A stretch of 64,000 bases of DNA, from sequence record MG752970.1, one strand, 5' to 3'. The position numbers and the translations under genes were made by a program. Positions 19,057 through 27,931 of the stretch are shown piece by piece. Within the stretch, counting starts at the first letter, position 1. Every line of letters starts with the position of its first letter. A model generated the notes under the pieces. The model saw only the letters and a program-made list of their open reading frames with translations, did not search any database and was not told the origin of the DNA.

Positions 19057-19106
19057 AGCTAGAAGCAATTTACCAGGCATTCCCATTCTCGGAGTTCCCA
19101 ATATGA
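19053..19106 (+). pseudogene. 17-codon mini-ORF / collapsed paralog cassette
   Basis: MKLEAIYQAFPFSEFPI*, ATGA overlap with P26 stop and with P27 start. Confidence 0.5.
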
Positions 19107-19720
19107 AAATGAATGAAATTTTAGATGGCTACGAAGATTCAGATACCATGTTTGATTATTTGGTGAAGTTTGATGCCGAATGGATTACACACGATAAACA
19201 TGTCAAGTTTAAATCCTTGCACAAAAAGCCTCCAGGTAAAATGATACCATCAATAGAAAATGGAGTTGCTGATTTTGAAAATGGGAAACTCAACATACTC
19301 GCAAGAAATGCTGGTGCATTTAGGCTTCCATTTAGAGCGAAAAATGTCAAAGAGTTTGAATGTCGCGCGGGCATAGAAAGTTGGGCGGATGCGCTAGGTG
19401 CGACTAATAGAATTAAACTTTCTGAATCAAATATCATTCCTCCAGATCTTGGAGCTATTCCCGATGTGAGTGTCATTCAGGTAAACGTCCCAACTCATAC
19501 CACATGCAATGGATCAATTTCGCACTGGTTTGATGGACATTTAAAAAGTGCGTCGTTTGGAATTGAATCCAAAATTGCAATTTTGCGACTTGAGGACTGG
19601 GATCAAATTAGAATTGATTATGTGGATCCTGAAATTGGATCCTGGAGAGTAGCGATAGCAAATGATGCGTTTGAGCTACAAGATTGGTTAATAGAACACG
19701 GTTACGAGAGTATAGCATGA
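19103..19720 (+). CDS. paralog family member P27
   Basis: MKMNEI...DAFELQDWLIEHGYESIA. Confidence 0.9.
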   Translation: MKMNEILDGYEDSDTMFDYLVKFDAEWITHDKHVKFKSLHKKPPGKMIPSIENGVADFENGKLNILARNAGAFRLPFRAKNVKEFECRAGIESWADALGATNRIKLSESNIIPPDLGAIPDVSVIQVNVPTHTTCNGSISHWFDGHLKSASFGIESKIAILRLEDWDQIRIDYVDPEIGSWRVAIANDAFELQDWLIEHGYESIA

Positions 19721-20328
19721 AATTAAATGATATCGCCAGAATGCAGCTGCAAAACAACGTAGCAGGATGGATTAATGCGCAAAACCGTTCGCAATTGAAA
19801 TCGCTAGATTCATACGTAAACTCTCTTAATGGTAAAACGCTTGATTTAATTAACACCAGTAAGAAACTACATCTTGAGGGTAAAGATAAAAATTCGAATT
19901 TTATATACCCAATTGGCTTCGATGTTCATGTTAATTTTCTGTTCATCCACCATTACGATTTAAGCAATGTAAATTTTTCATGGCTAACACTGTGCGAAGA
20001 TTTGGATTTTAATTACTGTCAGATAGGAAATTTGTTAAATCATCCCGAAAAATTTAACATTTCCGGTCTTGAATGTGTATCGTTAAATACGCATATCAAT
20101 GACGTAGATTCTATTATTGGAATTTTTCAAACAGATCTGCAGCTCTCATTTAATTTTCAAGATGCATTTGAGGATGGAGATTCTCTGTATATTACAAGAG
20201 ATGGTGCAGGGAATATGCACATACGTAAATTTAAACCATATGCAAGAAACACCGTTTTAGCAGAACCTAAAAATGAGTTCGACTTACAAGACTGGCTTGT
20301 CAGTAATAATTTTGAGAATTTAGCATGA
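19717..20328 (+). CDS. paralog family member P28
   Basis: MKLNDI (start refined to 19717)...NEFDLQDWLVSNNFENLA. Confidence 0.9.
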   Translation: MKLNDIARMQLQNNVAGWINAQNRSQLKSLDSYVNSLNGKTLDLINTSKKLHLEGKDKNSNFIYPIGFDVHVNFLFIHHYDLSNVNFSWLTLCEDLDFNYCQIGNLLNHPEKFNISGLECVSLNTHINDVDSIIGIFQTDLQLSFNFQDAFEDGDSLYITRDGAGNMHIRKFKPYARNTVLAEPKNEFDLQDWLVSNNFENLA

Positions 20329-20900
20329 AGCTTTCAGAAATTTCTATTAATCATCTATCAAATGAAGCTGTCAATGAATTTTTATACGCAAATGACATAG
20401 TAGTACATGGACCTCCTGGCATGCCGGATTATGAGATTGTAAGTGGTGAAGTTGAATTTTATTCTCAAGACGTTGTCGTCCGAAAGATTGATGAAAAATT
20501 TGGTGTGTTTAAATTTCCATTCAAATATTCGAAAATAAGTTTTCTGCAAATATCGGGGCGTACTATTGAGAGCTGGAATGATTTTCCAGATTCTGCCATC
20601 TCATACGTGTTCTTCGATGATTGTAAAATTCCATCTCTAGGCACTATACCACATTATGCGTCAATAAGACTGGGCGTAAGATACGACTTTTCGGATAACA
20701 TTATTCCGCTTTTTGAATACGGTAGTGACATTTATTTTTCGTTATACGATCCAACGAATGAATACGAGATTTGTATAATTACCAAAAAAGGAACAGGACC
20801 TATCGAAATAGACAGACACACCGATCATTCTAAGAAATTCACCGATGTATTTGATTTTCAATCTTGGTTGGTTGACAATGGATATGAGAGACTCACCTGA
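20325..20900 (+). CDS. paralog family member P29
   Basis: MKLSEI...DVFDFQSWLVDNGYERLT. Confidence 0.9.
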   Translation: MKLSEISINHLSNEAVNEFLYANDIVVHGPPGMPDYEIVSGEVEFYSQDVVVRKIDEKFGVFKFPFKYSKISFLQISGRTIESWNDFPDSAISYVFFDDCKIPSLGTIPHYASIRLGVRYDFSDNIIPLFEYGSDIYFSLYDPTNEYEICIITKKGTGPIEIDRHTDHSKKFTDVFDFQSWLVDNGYERLT

Positions 20901-20943
20901 GGTCCCCAGAGATGATAGACCCGTGTGATGAAGTACCCAGCAT

Positions 20944-20949
20944 TAAATA
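20944..20949 (+). promoter_or_regulatory. TAAATA late-promoter-like box
   Basis: in the intergenic gap 40 nt upstream of P30. Confidence 0.5.
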
Positions 20950-20989
20950 ATCAAAAATACATCTGAGCACTTCTAGGTGCTTTCTAGCT

Positions 20990-21595
20990 ATGAAATTACG
21001 TGAAATTGCTTCTTACGACATCATGCCGATGTTTAACTATCTAAAACAGCATGATGCCATCTTATCAGATAGGACCGGAGGTGGATCAAAACGTGTCAGT
21101 CAAATGTCTGACATTTCATTTGATAAAGATGGTACTCCTAATTTTGCGGGATATCAACTATCATTGCAAGGAAACGATGGTCAACTAGATCTTCCCAAAG
21201 GGCCACCCGAATTTAGAAATCTAATTTATTTGGAACTTACTAGCTTCACCATATTATCATGGGATGAATTGCCAACAGGACTGGAAAGTTTGTACATGGG
21301 CATGGGACATCTCCCAAATCCTGCAAATATTCCATCCTCAATTAAGTATCTTTCAACCACTGACACTGGATTCGCTGGGTCGTTGCTTCCACTATTTGAT
21401 GGAAGAATTGATGAGGTGTACATTTCATTTGTTGGAGATGATGGATTTGTAGAGCTTACGTATAAGCATGGAAGCATTACTGCTGGATTTACTCCTGACT
21501 CTGATGCACTTGCAAGACCTATAATAGAGAAACTAGACAGCGTATTTGAATTTCAAGATTGGATGATATCACATAATCTAGAACACATGATCTGA
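20990..21595 (+). CDS. paralog family member P30 (clearest LRR-like core)
   Basis: MKLREI...LPTGLESLYM..LPNPANIPSSIKYL...SVFEFQDWMISHNLEHMI. Confidence 0.9.
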   Translation: MKLREIASYDIMPMFNYLKQHDAILSDRTGGGSKRVSQMSDISFDKDGTPNFAGYQLSLQGNDGQLDLPKGPPEFRNLIYLELTSFTILSWDELPTGLESLYMGMGHLPNPANIPSSIKYLSTTDTGFAGSLLPLFDGRIDEVYISFVGDDGFVELTYKHGSITAGFTPDSDALARPIIEKLDSVFEFQDWMISHNLEHMI

Positions 21596-21609
21596 TTCCG
21601 GACAAAATT

Positions 21610-21634
21610 AAAGGGAGCAAAAAGCTCCCTTTTT
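21610..21634. terminator. bidirectional intrinsic terminator
   Basis: AAAGGGAGC-AAAAA-GCTCCCTTTTT between convergent genes. Confidence 0.75.
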
Positions 21635-21649
21635 ATTTCGCAAAATTGA

Positions 21650-21817
21650 TCAGGCAAATTCGAGATACGTCTGATATGCCCATTCCGTCTCCATGCTCTC
21701 GTATCTTTCATCACTCACCACTCGATCCAGGGGAAGGCCGCGAAGATATGCCCAAACTTCAAATTCGATTTTGCTTGGTTTTTCCTTACGAGGAATTTCA
21801 AAGATAATGGTTGCCAT
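21650..21817 (-). CDS. small hypothetical early protein
   Basis: MATIIFEIPRK..., GGAGG RBS, own sigma70 promoter. Confidence 0.7.
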   Translation of the reverse strand: MATIIFEIPRKEKPSKIEFEVWAYLRGLPLDRVVSDERYESMETEWAYQTYLEFA

Positions 21818-21842
21818 GTCAACCTCCAATTTCGATATTGTT

Positions 21843-21871
21843 ATTCTAACATGAAATCGGGAAAAGTACAA
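21843..21871 (-). promoter_or_regulatory. sigma70-type promoter
   Basis: minus strand TTGTAC-17 nt-TAGAAT. Confidence 0.7.
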
Positions 21872-22144
21872 TTACCTTTCTATTTTCTTAGCTTTTTGAT
21901 ATTCTTTTAGGCGGCGTTTGAGCTCAAATTTAACTGTTCTAGCCATTTCTCCATGCCAACCACCAGCATTGATCAGAAATCTGGAAACGATATCGTCAAC
22001 ATCATCGAGAAAATACTTGTCACCAATATTTCTGACATGAAGCAATGCCATGAGATATTCTCCAGCATGTGGATCAACCCGCTTCCAATCCAGTACCACC
22101 AAAGCTGCCAGTTCCTGGATAGAATACTTAGTAAGATCGATCAT
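21872..22144 (-). CDS. small hypothetical early protein
   Basis: MIDLTKYSIQEL..., GGAG RBS; start refined from 22201, which lies in a promoter. Confidence 0.7.
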   Translation of the reverse strand: MIDLTKYSIQELAALVVLDWKRVDPHAGEYLMALLHVRNIGDKYFLDDVDDIVSRFLINAGGWHGEMARTVKFELKRRLKEYQKAKKIER

Positions 22145-22171
22145 TTCGCGTCTCCAGATGGTCTTAGGTTT

Positions 22172-22201
22172 ATTATAAACTAATAACCTGGAAAAGTACA
22201 A
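22172..22201 (-). promoter_or_regulatory. sigma70-type promoter
   Basis: minus strand TTGTAC-18 nt-TATAAT; spacer starts TTTTCC as in the 21843 and 105 promoters. Confidence 0.7.
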
Positions 22202-22217
22202 TATTTACGCATACATG

Positions 22218-22223
22218 TAAATA
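22218..22223 (+). promoter_or_regulatory. TAAATA late-promoter-like box
   Basis: 23 nt upstream of P31 ATG 22247. Confidence 0.55.
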
Positions 22224-22246
22224 TGACATCGATAGGGAATATTCAC

Positions 22247-22879
22247 ATGAAGTTACGAGAAATTACTGAAAGGTCCATGCCCAATGAATGGAGGGATTGG
22301 TTATTACAAACTAATCAAAAATGGATGATGGGTTATGAAGGATCCCAGCAAGAGTGGATCCGAGACTATATGACTGGGGATACGTTCAACCTTGAATCGT
22401 TTGGAGGATTGACAATCTACGGACCAGCGAAATCTGATGAAAATTGGAATGACATGACGCGGCTTGAATTTGTACCACCCCCATTTAAACTTGGTAATCT
22501 CAGCAGCTTAACGGTTTTCAACCGCGATTTCTCAAATACGGGCATGTCATGGCTACCTGGAAAGTGTGAGAAACTGGAATTCGATAGATGCAAATTTCCT
22601 AAAGGATTTTTATCCACAGATTTAAATAAGGTGGGAGATCTGGAGCGTTTAGTTATTTCCGATTGCATTTTTCAAGATGGAGCGGCAGACATATTTGATC
22701 AAAACTATTCAGTGCAGCTCCATAATTATAGAGGATCATCTTCAAATCATCTCATCATCAATGGTCAGAATGGTGTAGGACGCGTCCTAATTAAGTTAGA
22801 GAGCCAACCATTCAACTTCAAGGACATTTTCGAACTTCAAGAATACTTGATGGATCACAGATTTCCGGATTTAGCATGA
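22247..22879 (+). CDS. paralog family member P31
   Basis: MKLREI...KLGNLSSLTVFNRDF..LPGKCEKLEFDRCKF..LERLVISDC (LRR-like)...DIFELQEYLMDHRFPDLA. Confidence 0.9.
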   Translation: MKLREITERSMPNEWRDWLLQTNQKWMMGYEGSQQEWIRDYMTGDTFNLESFGGLTIYGPAKSDENWNDMTRLEFVPPPFKLGNLSSLTVFNRDFSNTGMSWLPGKCEKLEFDRCKFPKGFLSTDLNKVGDLERLVISDCIFQDGAADIFDQNYSVQLHNYRGSSSNHLIINGQNGVGRVLIKLESQPFNFKDIFELQEYLMDHRFPDLA

Positions 22880-23457
22880 AACTACAAGAAATTACAAACA
22901 ACAATTCACCCGTTGGTGCCTGGATGGCCGCATGTGCTGATCGGGGATACACCACAACCATTGATAATAGACATCGCTTAGAAAATGGTGTCTTGCATAT
23001 TGACGGCAATTTACAAATTCGAAGTCATGGAAATCTTCCATTTCCACAAATGCCATTCAAACTTGGTGATGTAAAAATTCTGTTACTAAGAAATTTAGAT
23101 TTGACAGATAGTGATTTCAGTTGGCAACCCCAAAGCTGTGATCTTATAACTTTTGATTACTGTAAACTTCCAGAAATTAAGAACGAGTTATTTGGAAATG
23201 TTGGTGAGCTTGGAATTGATTCTCTCGAATCAGATATTCCTAGAATTTCCCATGATATGTACACAGAAGAATTTCCATTTATATATCGGCTGTACAAGCG
23301 CGTTGATGCCGGGATCCCAGAATTTTCTCTTACGGTTGAAGGAAGTTGGATACAGGTAACAGATGGAAATAATGAAATTAAATTTGATGATCTGTTTACT
23401 TTTCAAGATTATCTAACAAATCACCCAAACGAAAAATTGCAATCTTTAATGATATGA
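22876..23457 (+). CDS. paralog family member P32
   Basis: MKLQEI...DLFTFQDYLTNHPNEKL; core similar to P31. Confidence 0.9.
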   Translation: MKLQEITNNNSPVGAWMAACADRGYTTTIDNRHRLENGVLHIDGNLQIRSHGNLPFPQMPFKLGDVKILLLRNLDLTDSDFSWQPQSCDLITFDYCKLPEIKNELFGNVGELGIDSLESDIPRISHDMYTEEFPFIYRLYKRVDAGIPEFSLTVEGSWIQVTDGNNEIKFDDLFTFQDYLTNHPNEKLQSLMI

Positions 23458-24056
23458 AACTACAAGAAATAGCTGAAAAATCCACAGGTGAAATAATTGC
23501 TGACTGGATAGCATCCATGGAAGAACATGGCATCCATGTCGCACTTGGCAACGGCCCAAAATTTAATAGTGATGGAAACTTAGATGTTAATTATGTTTCA
23601 TTATCTGCTAGAAACAATCCGGTTTTATTAGATTCTTATTTTCCATTCAAACTCAATGTTGGGGTTATAGTAATTGACGGGTTGGATCTTACACAAACAA
23701 AATTTGAATTCATGAGTGAATATACGGATTCTGAAACCGTAAAACTGATACATTGCAAATGGCCACAAGAAATCACCGGTGACTGGCTATCCGTTCTGCT
23801 GCCCGCTGATGTAGAAATACATACATCAATGAACAACATTCCCAATCTTAAACATGACGTATGGGATGGAACCTTAATTTTCAGCATTAATCTGTATCAA
23901 GGTCATCATAAAATTTACACATTGGAATATACAGATGACGATGAGTTTATTTTTAGAGATTATGCAACTACCCGAAAAGTCTTCAACGACATATTCGATT
24001 TACAAGAATTCCTAGTATCATACAATGATGAGCGTTTACTACCATTAGTATCATGA
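23454..24056 (+). CDS. paralog family member P33
   Basis: MKLQEI...DIFDLQEFLVSYNDERL. Confidence 0.9.
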   Translation: MKLQEIAEKSTGEIIADWIASMEEHGIHVALGNGPKFNSDGNLDVNYVSLSARNNPVLLDSYFPFKLNVGVIVIDGLDLTQTKFEFMSEYTDSETVKLIHCKWPQEITGDWLSVLLPADVEIHTSMNNIPNLKHDVWDGTLIFSINLYQGHHKIYTLEYTDDDEFIFRDYATTRKVFNDIFDLQEFLVSYNDERLLPLVS

Positions 24057-25225
24057 ACTTTAAATCTTTCTTAAACATCAACAAGCTTTTTGAGGCCTAT
24101 GATTATCATGCAGACGACGATGCAGATAATGCCGATAAGTGGCTTGCGAAATGGACATATGAAGGCATTGACAAATACCCTAGCAATGAAATTCTAGACG
24201 AACTTAAAGAAAAATATCCATTTGATGGAGGCGTTGTTTATCGGGGATTAAATTTCCATGACAAGGAACAATACGACAAGTTCATGGACAGCACAAATGG
24301 TGGAACGATCCTACATACTGGATCAATTACAAGTTGGACCGAAAATGAGAAAACAACTTATCCATTTGCGGTTACGCGACCCACTTACTTTTTAAATCGA
24401 GAATTAATGCAGGCAGAAGATAAGAAAAATCGTGAACGTGATTTCATGATTGGACACGCAGGCTTAGTACTAGAAACTATTGTCAAACCTGGAAAAGGAA
24501 TTGACGTCAATAAATCCAAGTATGGAAAAGAAAGTGAAATTATTCTGGTGCCAGGTACTTACGAAATTAAAATTCACAAGCAGTATATTCCTTTCGTAAG
24601 ATCAATCAATGATGAGAACTTTAAGAAAAAGTTCATGTCAATTAATACGATAAGTGACAGAGAAGATGATCATCAGGCAAAAATGTTTGAACACATCATG
24701 TTCCATTACAAGGAATTTGATGATGAAATGAAACATCATTTGTTTGGATTGCTAATCAAGAACGTCACGAAGATCCACTATGGAGTTGAAGTTACTGAAG
24801 CAGCTGATTGGAATGGTAGCAAGTGGCCACAGATTGAAGTGTATTGGAATGTTCCACCAACATTCTTCATTTACTACAGCATGCTTCTTCCTGAGGATGC
24901 CAAAATAATCGACGATCAGCTTGATAAGATAATTGAATCTATCGAGCGCGATTTTGATGAGAAAACCAAGGGTATTGATTTCACTCACAAGTTTGAACTC
25001 GATATCAACAACTCAATTGCACTGGCAGTTAAGATGGAGCATCTAGAAAACAAACTTACTTTTATGAAGAAGATGCGACAGAACGTTGGCAAGAGATATA
25101 ACGAACTCAACTCGTATGAGGCTGTCAAGAAGATTAATGCCATCAAGGATCCCCAAAAACAACTTGATGCAATCAGAAAATTAGCAAAGGATCTTGAACA
25201 AGCTCTTAATCAAGGTAAATTCTAG
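24053..25225 (+). CDS. putative ADP-ribosyltransferase (R-S-E clade) with helical C-terminus
   Basis: VYRG...SITSWT...ESEIIL motifs in order; ATGA overlap with P33; N-term MNFKSFL..LFE. Confidence 0.6.
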   Translation: MNFKSFLNINKLFEAYDYHADDDADNADKWLAKWTYEGIDKYPSNEILDELKEKYPFDGGVVYRGLNFHDKEQYDKFMDSTNGGTILHTGSITSWTENEKTTYPFAVTRPTYFLNRELMQAEDKKNRERDFMIGHAGLVLETIVKPGKGIDVNKSKYGKESEIILVPGTYEIKIHKQYIPFVRSINDENFKKKFMSINTISDREDDHQAKMFEHIMFHYKEFDDEMKHHLFGLLIKNVTKIHYGVEVTEAADWNGSKWPQIEVYWNVPPTFFIYYSMLLPEDAKIIDDQLDKIIESIERDFDEKTKGIDFTHKFELDINNSIALAVKMEHLENKLTFMKKMRQNVGKRYNELNSYEAVKKINAIKDPQKQLDAIRKLAKDLEQALNQGKF

Positions 25226-25227
25226 AC

Positions 25228-25265
25228 GTGAAATAAAAGGCAGCCTAGGCTGCCTTTTATTTCAC
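25228..25265. terminator. perfect 38-bp palindrome, bidirectional terminator
   Basis: GTGAAATAAAAGGCAGCCTAGGCTGCCTTTTATTTCAC between convergent genes. Confidence 0.8.
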
Positions 25266-25276
25266 CTGAGTTTCTT

Positions 25277-25651
25277 TTACACTCGATACGCCGTGATGAA
25301 CTCAAGTAGAGGATCGAGTTCTGTCTTATCGATTCCCTTTTCGAGGAGCGTCTTCTTGGCATCGTTCTGATCGCCAACGCACAGCTCGTAAAGCTCTTCG
25401 TCAGTCAGAGAGTTCAACATTGCTTCCGATTTCGTAAGACGCTCAGACCCAAATTTTTCAAGAATCGAATCACCCAACTTCCAGTAATAATCCACATACG
25501 CCTTTTCAGCGGATGCTCCCAGTCCCGGGCTTTCACCGATTCTGCTGAAAGCCCCAACAGATTGTGCAATCCGAATAGAGCAATCAAGGATTTTTGGAAA
25601 TGCAGCTTGCGCGCGCAATTCCGTAATGGTGGTGATTTGATTATGAGACAT
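25277..25651 (-). CDS. hypothetical early protein
   Basis: MSHNQITT..., AAGGAG RBS; start refined from 25693. Confidence 0.7.
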   Translation of the reverse strand: MSHNQITTITELRAQAAFPKILDCSIRIAQSVGAFSRIGESPGLGASAEKAYVDYYWKLGDSILEKFGSERLTKSEAMLNSLTDEELYELCVGDQNDAKKTLLEKGIDKTELDPLLEFITAYRV

Positions 25652-25681
25652 GATTATCTCCTTCGGGTCATATGTGATTTC

Positions 25682-25710
25682 ATTATAGCACATGACCCAA
25701 AGTTTGTAAA
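25682..25710 (-). promoter_or_regulatory. sigma70-type promoter, extended -10
   Basis: minus strand TTTACA-17 nt-TATAAT with TG at -14. Confidence 0.7.
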
Positions 25711-25721
25711 CTGCCTTTTAT

Positions 25722-25997
25722 TCACATACTTTCTTGATATTTCTTCAAAAACTCCAGGGTTTTTTCAAGAGACGCAATTTCTTCTGTGACTGCACGCAGT
25801 CTATCATCCACTACTTCTTTGGGTGGTGTCGTCCATTCCCAGTCGTATCCTCTATAGTGATCCGACCAGTTATTCCTGTCCATGTCTTCCGCTACAATAT
25901 CACCAATGTCAGAGTCGGATGCATCCCAACAAACATAGGCATATTCCCAGCTACTGACGTGACTTGACCAATGAGACCTATATCGATACCACTTCAT
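25722..25997 (-). CDS. hypothetical protein (Trp/Tyr-rich N-term, coiled C-term)
   Basis: 91-aa ORF, ATGA overlap with upstream ORF. Confidence 0.7.
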   Translation of the reverse strand: MKWYRYRSHWSSHVSSWEYAYVCWDASDSDIGDIVAEDMDRNNWSDHYRGYDWEWTTPPKEVVDDRLRAVTEEIASLEKTLEFLKKYQESM

Positions 25998-26314
25998 AAT
26001 TCCTCCAAAAGATCAAGTTCGTAGTCATAGAAAAATACTGGAGAAGAGGATCCATCCCGAAGAACCCAAATTCTTTCAACGGGTTCCACGAATTCTACAG
26101 TACCTCTAGATCCTTTACTAAATCCTGATTTGTTATTCACCAGGACTCGGTCTCCTCGCTTGAGATTAGTTTTTAGAGCCTTCTTTGGTCGCAGCACTTC
26201 GTAATCTGCAACATATTCGGTATAATACTCGGCGTACGAAGAAATCTTTTTAGGTTTGGGTTTAGCAAACAGTTTACTAAACATATCCAATAGAACGTTC
26301 ATGACAATCTCCAT
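25994..26314 (-). CDS. hypothetical protein with KOW/SH3-like motif
   Basis: LKRGDRVLVNNKSGFSKGSRGTVEFV. Confidence 0.6.
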   Translation of the reverse strand: MEIVMNVLLDMFSKLFAKPKPKKISSYAEYYTEYVADYEVLRPKKALKTNLKRGDRVLVNNKSGFSKGSRGTVEFVEPVERIWVLRDGSSSPVFFYDYELDLLEEL

Positions 26315-26365
26315 GAGAATTCCTTTTTATTTTATCATCTAATATTCCAAAGATAGAACAAATAA

Positions 26366-26385
26366 AAGGGCTCCTAGGAGCCCTT
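26366..26385. terminator. palindromic terminator
   Basis: AAGGGCTCCTAGGAGCCCTT, identical core to 28709-28730. Confidence 0.7.
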
Positions 26386-26404
26386 AGATTGAATCAGGTG
26401 GGAT

Positions 26405-26707
26405 TCAGTCGAGATTAATTTTCTCAAATCCCATTGGCTTCACCAGATAGAACTTGGTGTCCACCTTGATAATGTCTCCTACTGCCATCGACCGGAGTTT
26501 CGGGTTATCTTGATATCGCTGGAATGCCGCATCACACGCAACCAAGGGGTCAGAAGCACCATGATCAAACGAAGCAGCACGAGTGTAGAAATCGGTGTCC
26601 CAAGCAGATCGAACAGCTTCGGCATCCGCATTCATGATGATCTTGAAATGACTTTCGTAAACTTGGGCTCCTGCGTTCCAGTCATACTGATAGTAAGTAA
26701 CCTTCAT
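26405..26707 (-). CDS. YodL-like domain protein (tentative)
   Basis: RSMAVGDIIKVDTKFYLVKPMGFEKI resembles the YodL-like pattern; GGAG RBS before MKVTYY. Confidence 0.5.
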   Translation of the reverse strand: MKVTYYQYDWNAGAQVYESHFKIIMNADAEAVRSAWDTDFYTRAASFDHGASDPLVACDAAFQRYQDNPKLRSMAVGDIIKVDTKFYLVKPMGFEKINLD

Positions 26708-26738
26708 GATTTCTCCGGGGTGGTGAAGATTCAATATC

Positions 26739-26767
26739 ATTATAACACAGTTCGGACGAACATCCAA
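26739..26767 (-). promoter_or_regulatory. sigma70-type promoter, extended -10
   Basis: minus strand TTGGAT-17 nt-TATAAT with TG. Confidence 0.6.
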
Positions 26768-26802
26768 ACATGGTTACAATTTTAATAGATGCGCGTTGGA
26801 AA

Positions 26803-26808
26803 TAAATA
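26803..26808 (+). promoter_or_regulatory. TAAATA late-promoter-like box
   Basis: ATAAATA 20 nt upstream of P34. Confidence 0.6.
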
Positions 26809-26828
26809 CTGCATCGATAAGGAATCTT

Positions 26829-27419
26829 ATGAAACTTTCAGAAATTTACGATTACGGCGACTTCGAGGAATGGATGTATCAAGGAAATATTTTAGATCCA
26901 TGGACCGGAAAGAAAATTACAGCCGAAAATGCGGAAGAAGATATAGCCGATCAGCTTGCGCATAACAATGACGGATCAGTAAGTATAATGTGTTATACCG
27001 GAGACTGCAACTTTGTGTTTAATGTTGGTCATGTGTTAACTCCTCCAGTACCGATAGATTATGTAGATGTAATAGGATATGGTTATGGAACATATAAAAA
27101 CATTGGAACGTGTTGGCCAAAAGAAACTCCAACTCAGATAGAATTCCATAACATACCTGATATACAGGTAGACGATTTAGTCAATCGTTTAAAGGATGTT
27201 GCAGACTTAAGAATAAAATTTAGTGGATGCAAATTTATTGGATCATTGGCAAATTTCATGGAACTTCATATAACCGATCCAGACAATTTCTTCCTTGTAG
27301 GAGACACACCAAATATTGACAAGCTAATAGAGTTGTTTCATAGAGGATTTGATGAGCGTATGAATGCTTTCGAATTCCAAGATCTTCTAATCGAAAACGG
27401 ATTTGATGATCTTGTGTAA
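26829..27419 (+). CDS. paralog family member P34 (solo)
   Basis: MKLSEI (start refined)...NAFEFQDLLIENGFDDLV. Confidence 0.9.
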   Translation: MKLSEIYDYGDFEEWMYQGNILDPWTGKKITAENAEEDIADQLAHNNDGSVSIMCYTGDCNFVFNVGHVLTPPVPIDYVDVIGYGYGTYKNIGTCWPKETPTQIEFHNIPDIQVDDLVNRLKDVADLRIKFSGCKFIGSLANFMELHITDPDNFFLVGDTPNIDKLIELFHRGFDERMNAFEFQDLLIENGFDDLV

Positions 27420-27482
27420 CTAAACTAACTCCTAAAATGGCATTGACTTATAATGATGAAAGATAACACATGGAGAACCCAT

Positions 27483-27731
27483 ATGAATAATTCATCTGAG
27501 TACAGTGCCATAGAAATAAATCACATTCCTTTTGACGACCATCCGTGGCCCAATCAGAAGGTGTTAAACAAACCGTTTTGCATGTATTGTTTCAACGATG
27601 ATCCAGCAAAGTATAGTACTGAATACGTGAAAGTTTTGGATCATCCTCCTACATGGGAGCTATGGATGTGTTGCCATCCATGCCGAGATAAAGGACAGCC
27701 ATGCGAAACGTTCTTCCCGGAGGAAACATGA
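27483..27731 (+). CDS. small zinc-finger-like protein
   Basis: CMYC...CHPC pairs; GGAG RBS before MNNSSEY; TATAAT at 27449. Confidence 0.6.
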   Translation: MNNSSEYSAIEINHIPFDDHPWPNQKVLNKPFCMYCFNDDPAKYSTEYVKVLDHPPTWELWMCCHPCRDKGQPCETFFPEET

Positions 27732-27889
27732 CAGTGCTTGCGTATGTGTCAAATTTGGAACACGAAAACAGGCAAATGCGAGACCTATTGATTGAGGTTG
27801 CTCTTGATATTCGGTCTGGTCAATTTGCACCAAACGACATCTCAAAGAAAATACTTGACGAGCTTCTAAAAATTAGAGGCGAAAAATAA
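27728..27889 (+). CDS. small hypothetical protein
   Basis: MTVLAYVSNLEHEN..., ATGA overlap. Confidence 0.55.
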   Translation: MTVLAYVSNLEHENRQMRDLLIEVALDIRSGQFAPNDISKKILDELLKIRGEK

Positions 27890-27903
27890 GTGCTAGCAAA
27901 TCA

Positions 27904-27909
27904 TAAATA
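27904..27909 (+). promoter_or_regulatory. TAAATA late-promoter-like box
   Basis: ATAAATA 22 nt upstream of P35. Confidence 0.6.
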
Positions 27910-27931
27910 ATCCATAACGTGGGATTACATT

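Noticed and set aside
4626-24988. Many 60-150 aa ORFs antisense or out-of-frame to the paralogs
   Set aside because: Each lies inside a clearly real family member and lacks an RBS or motif.
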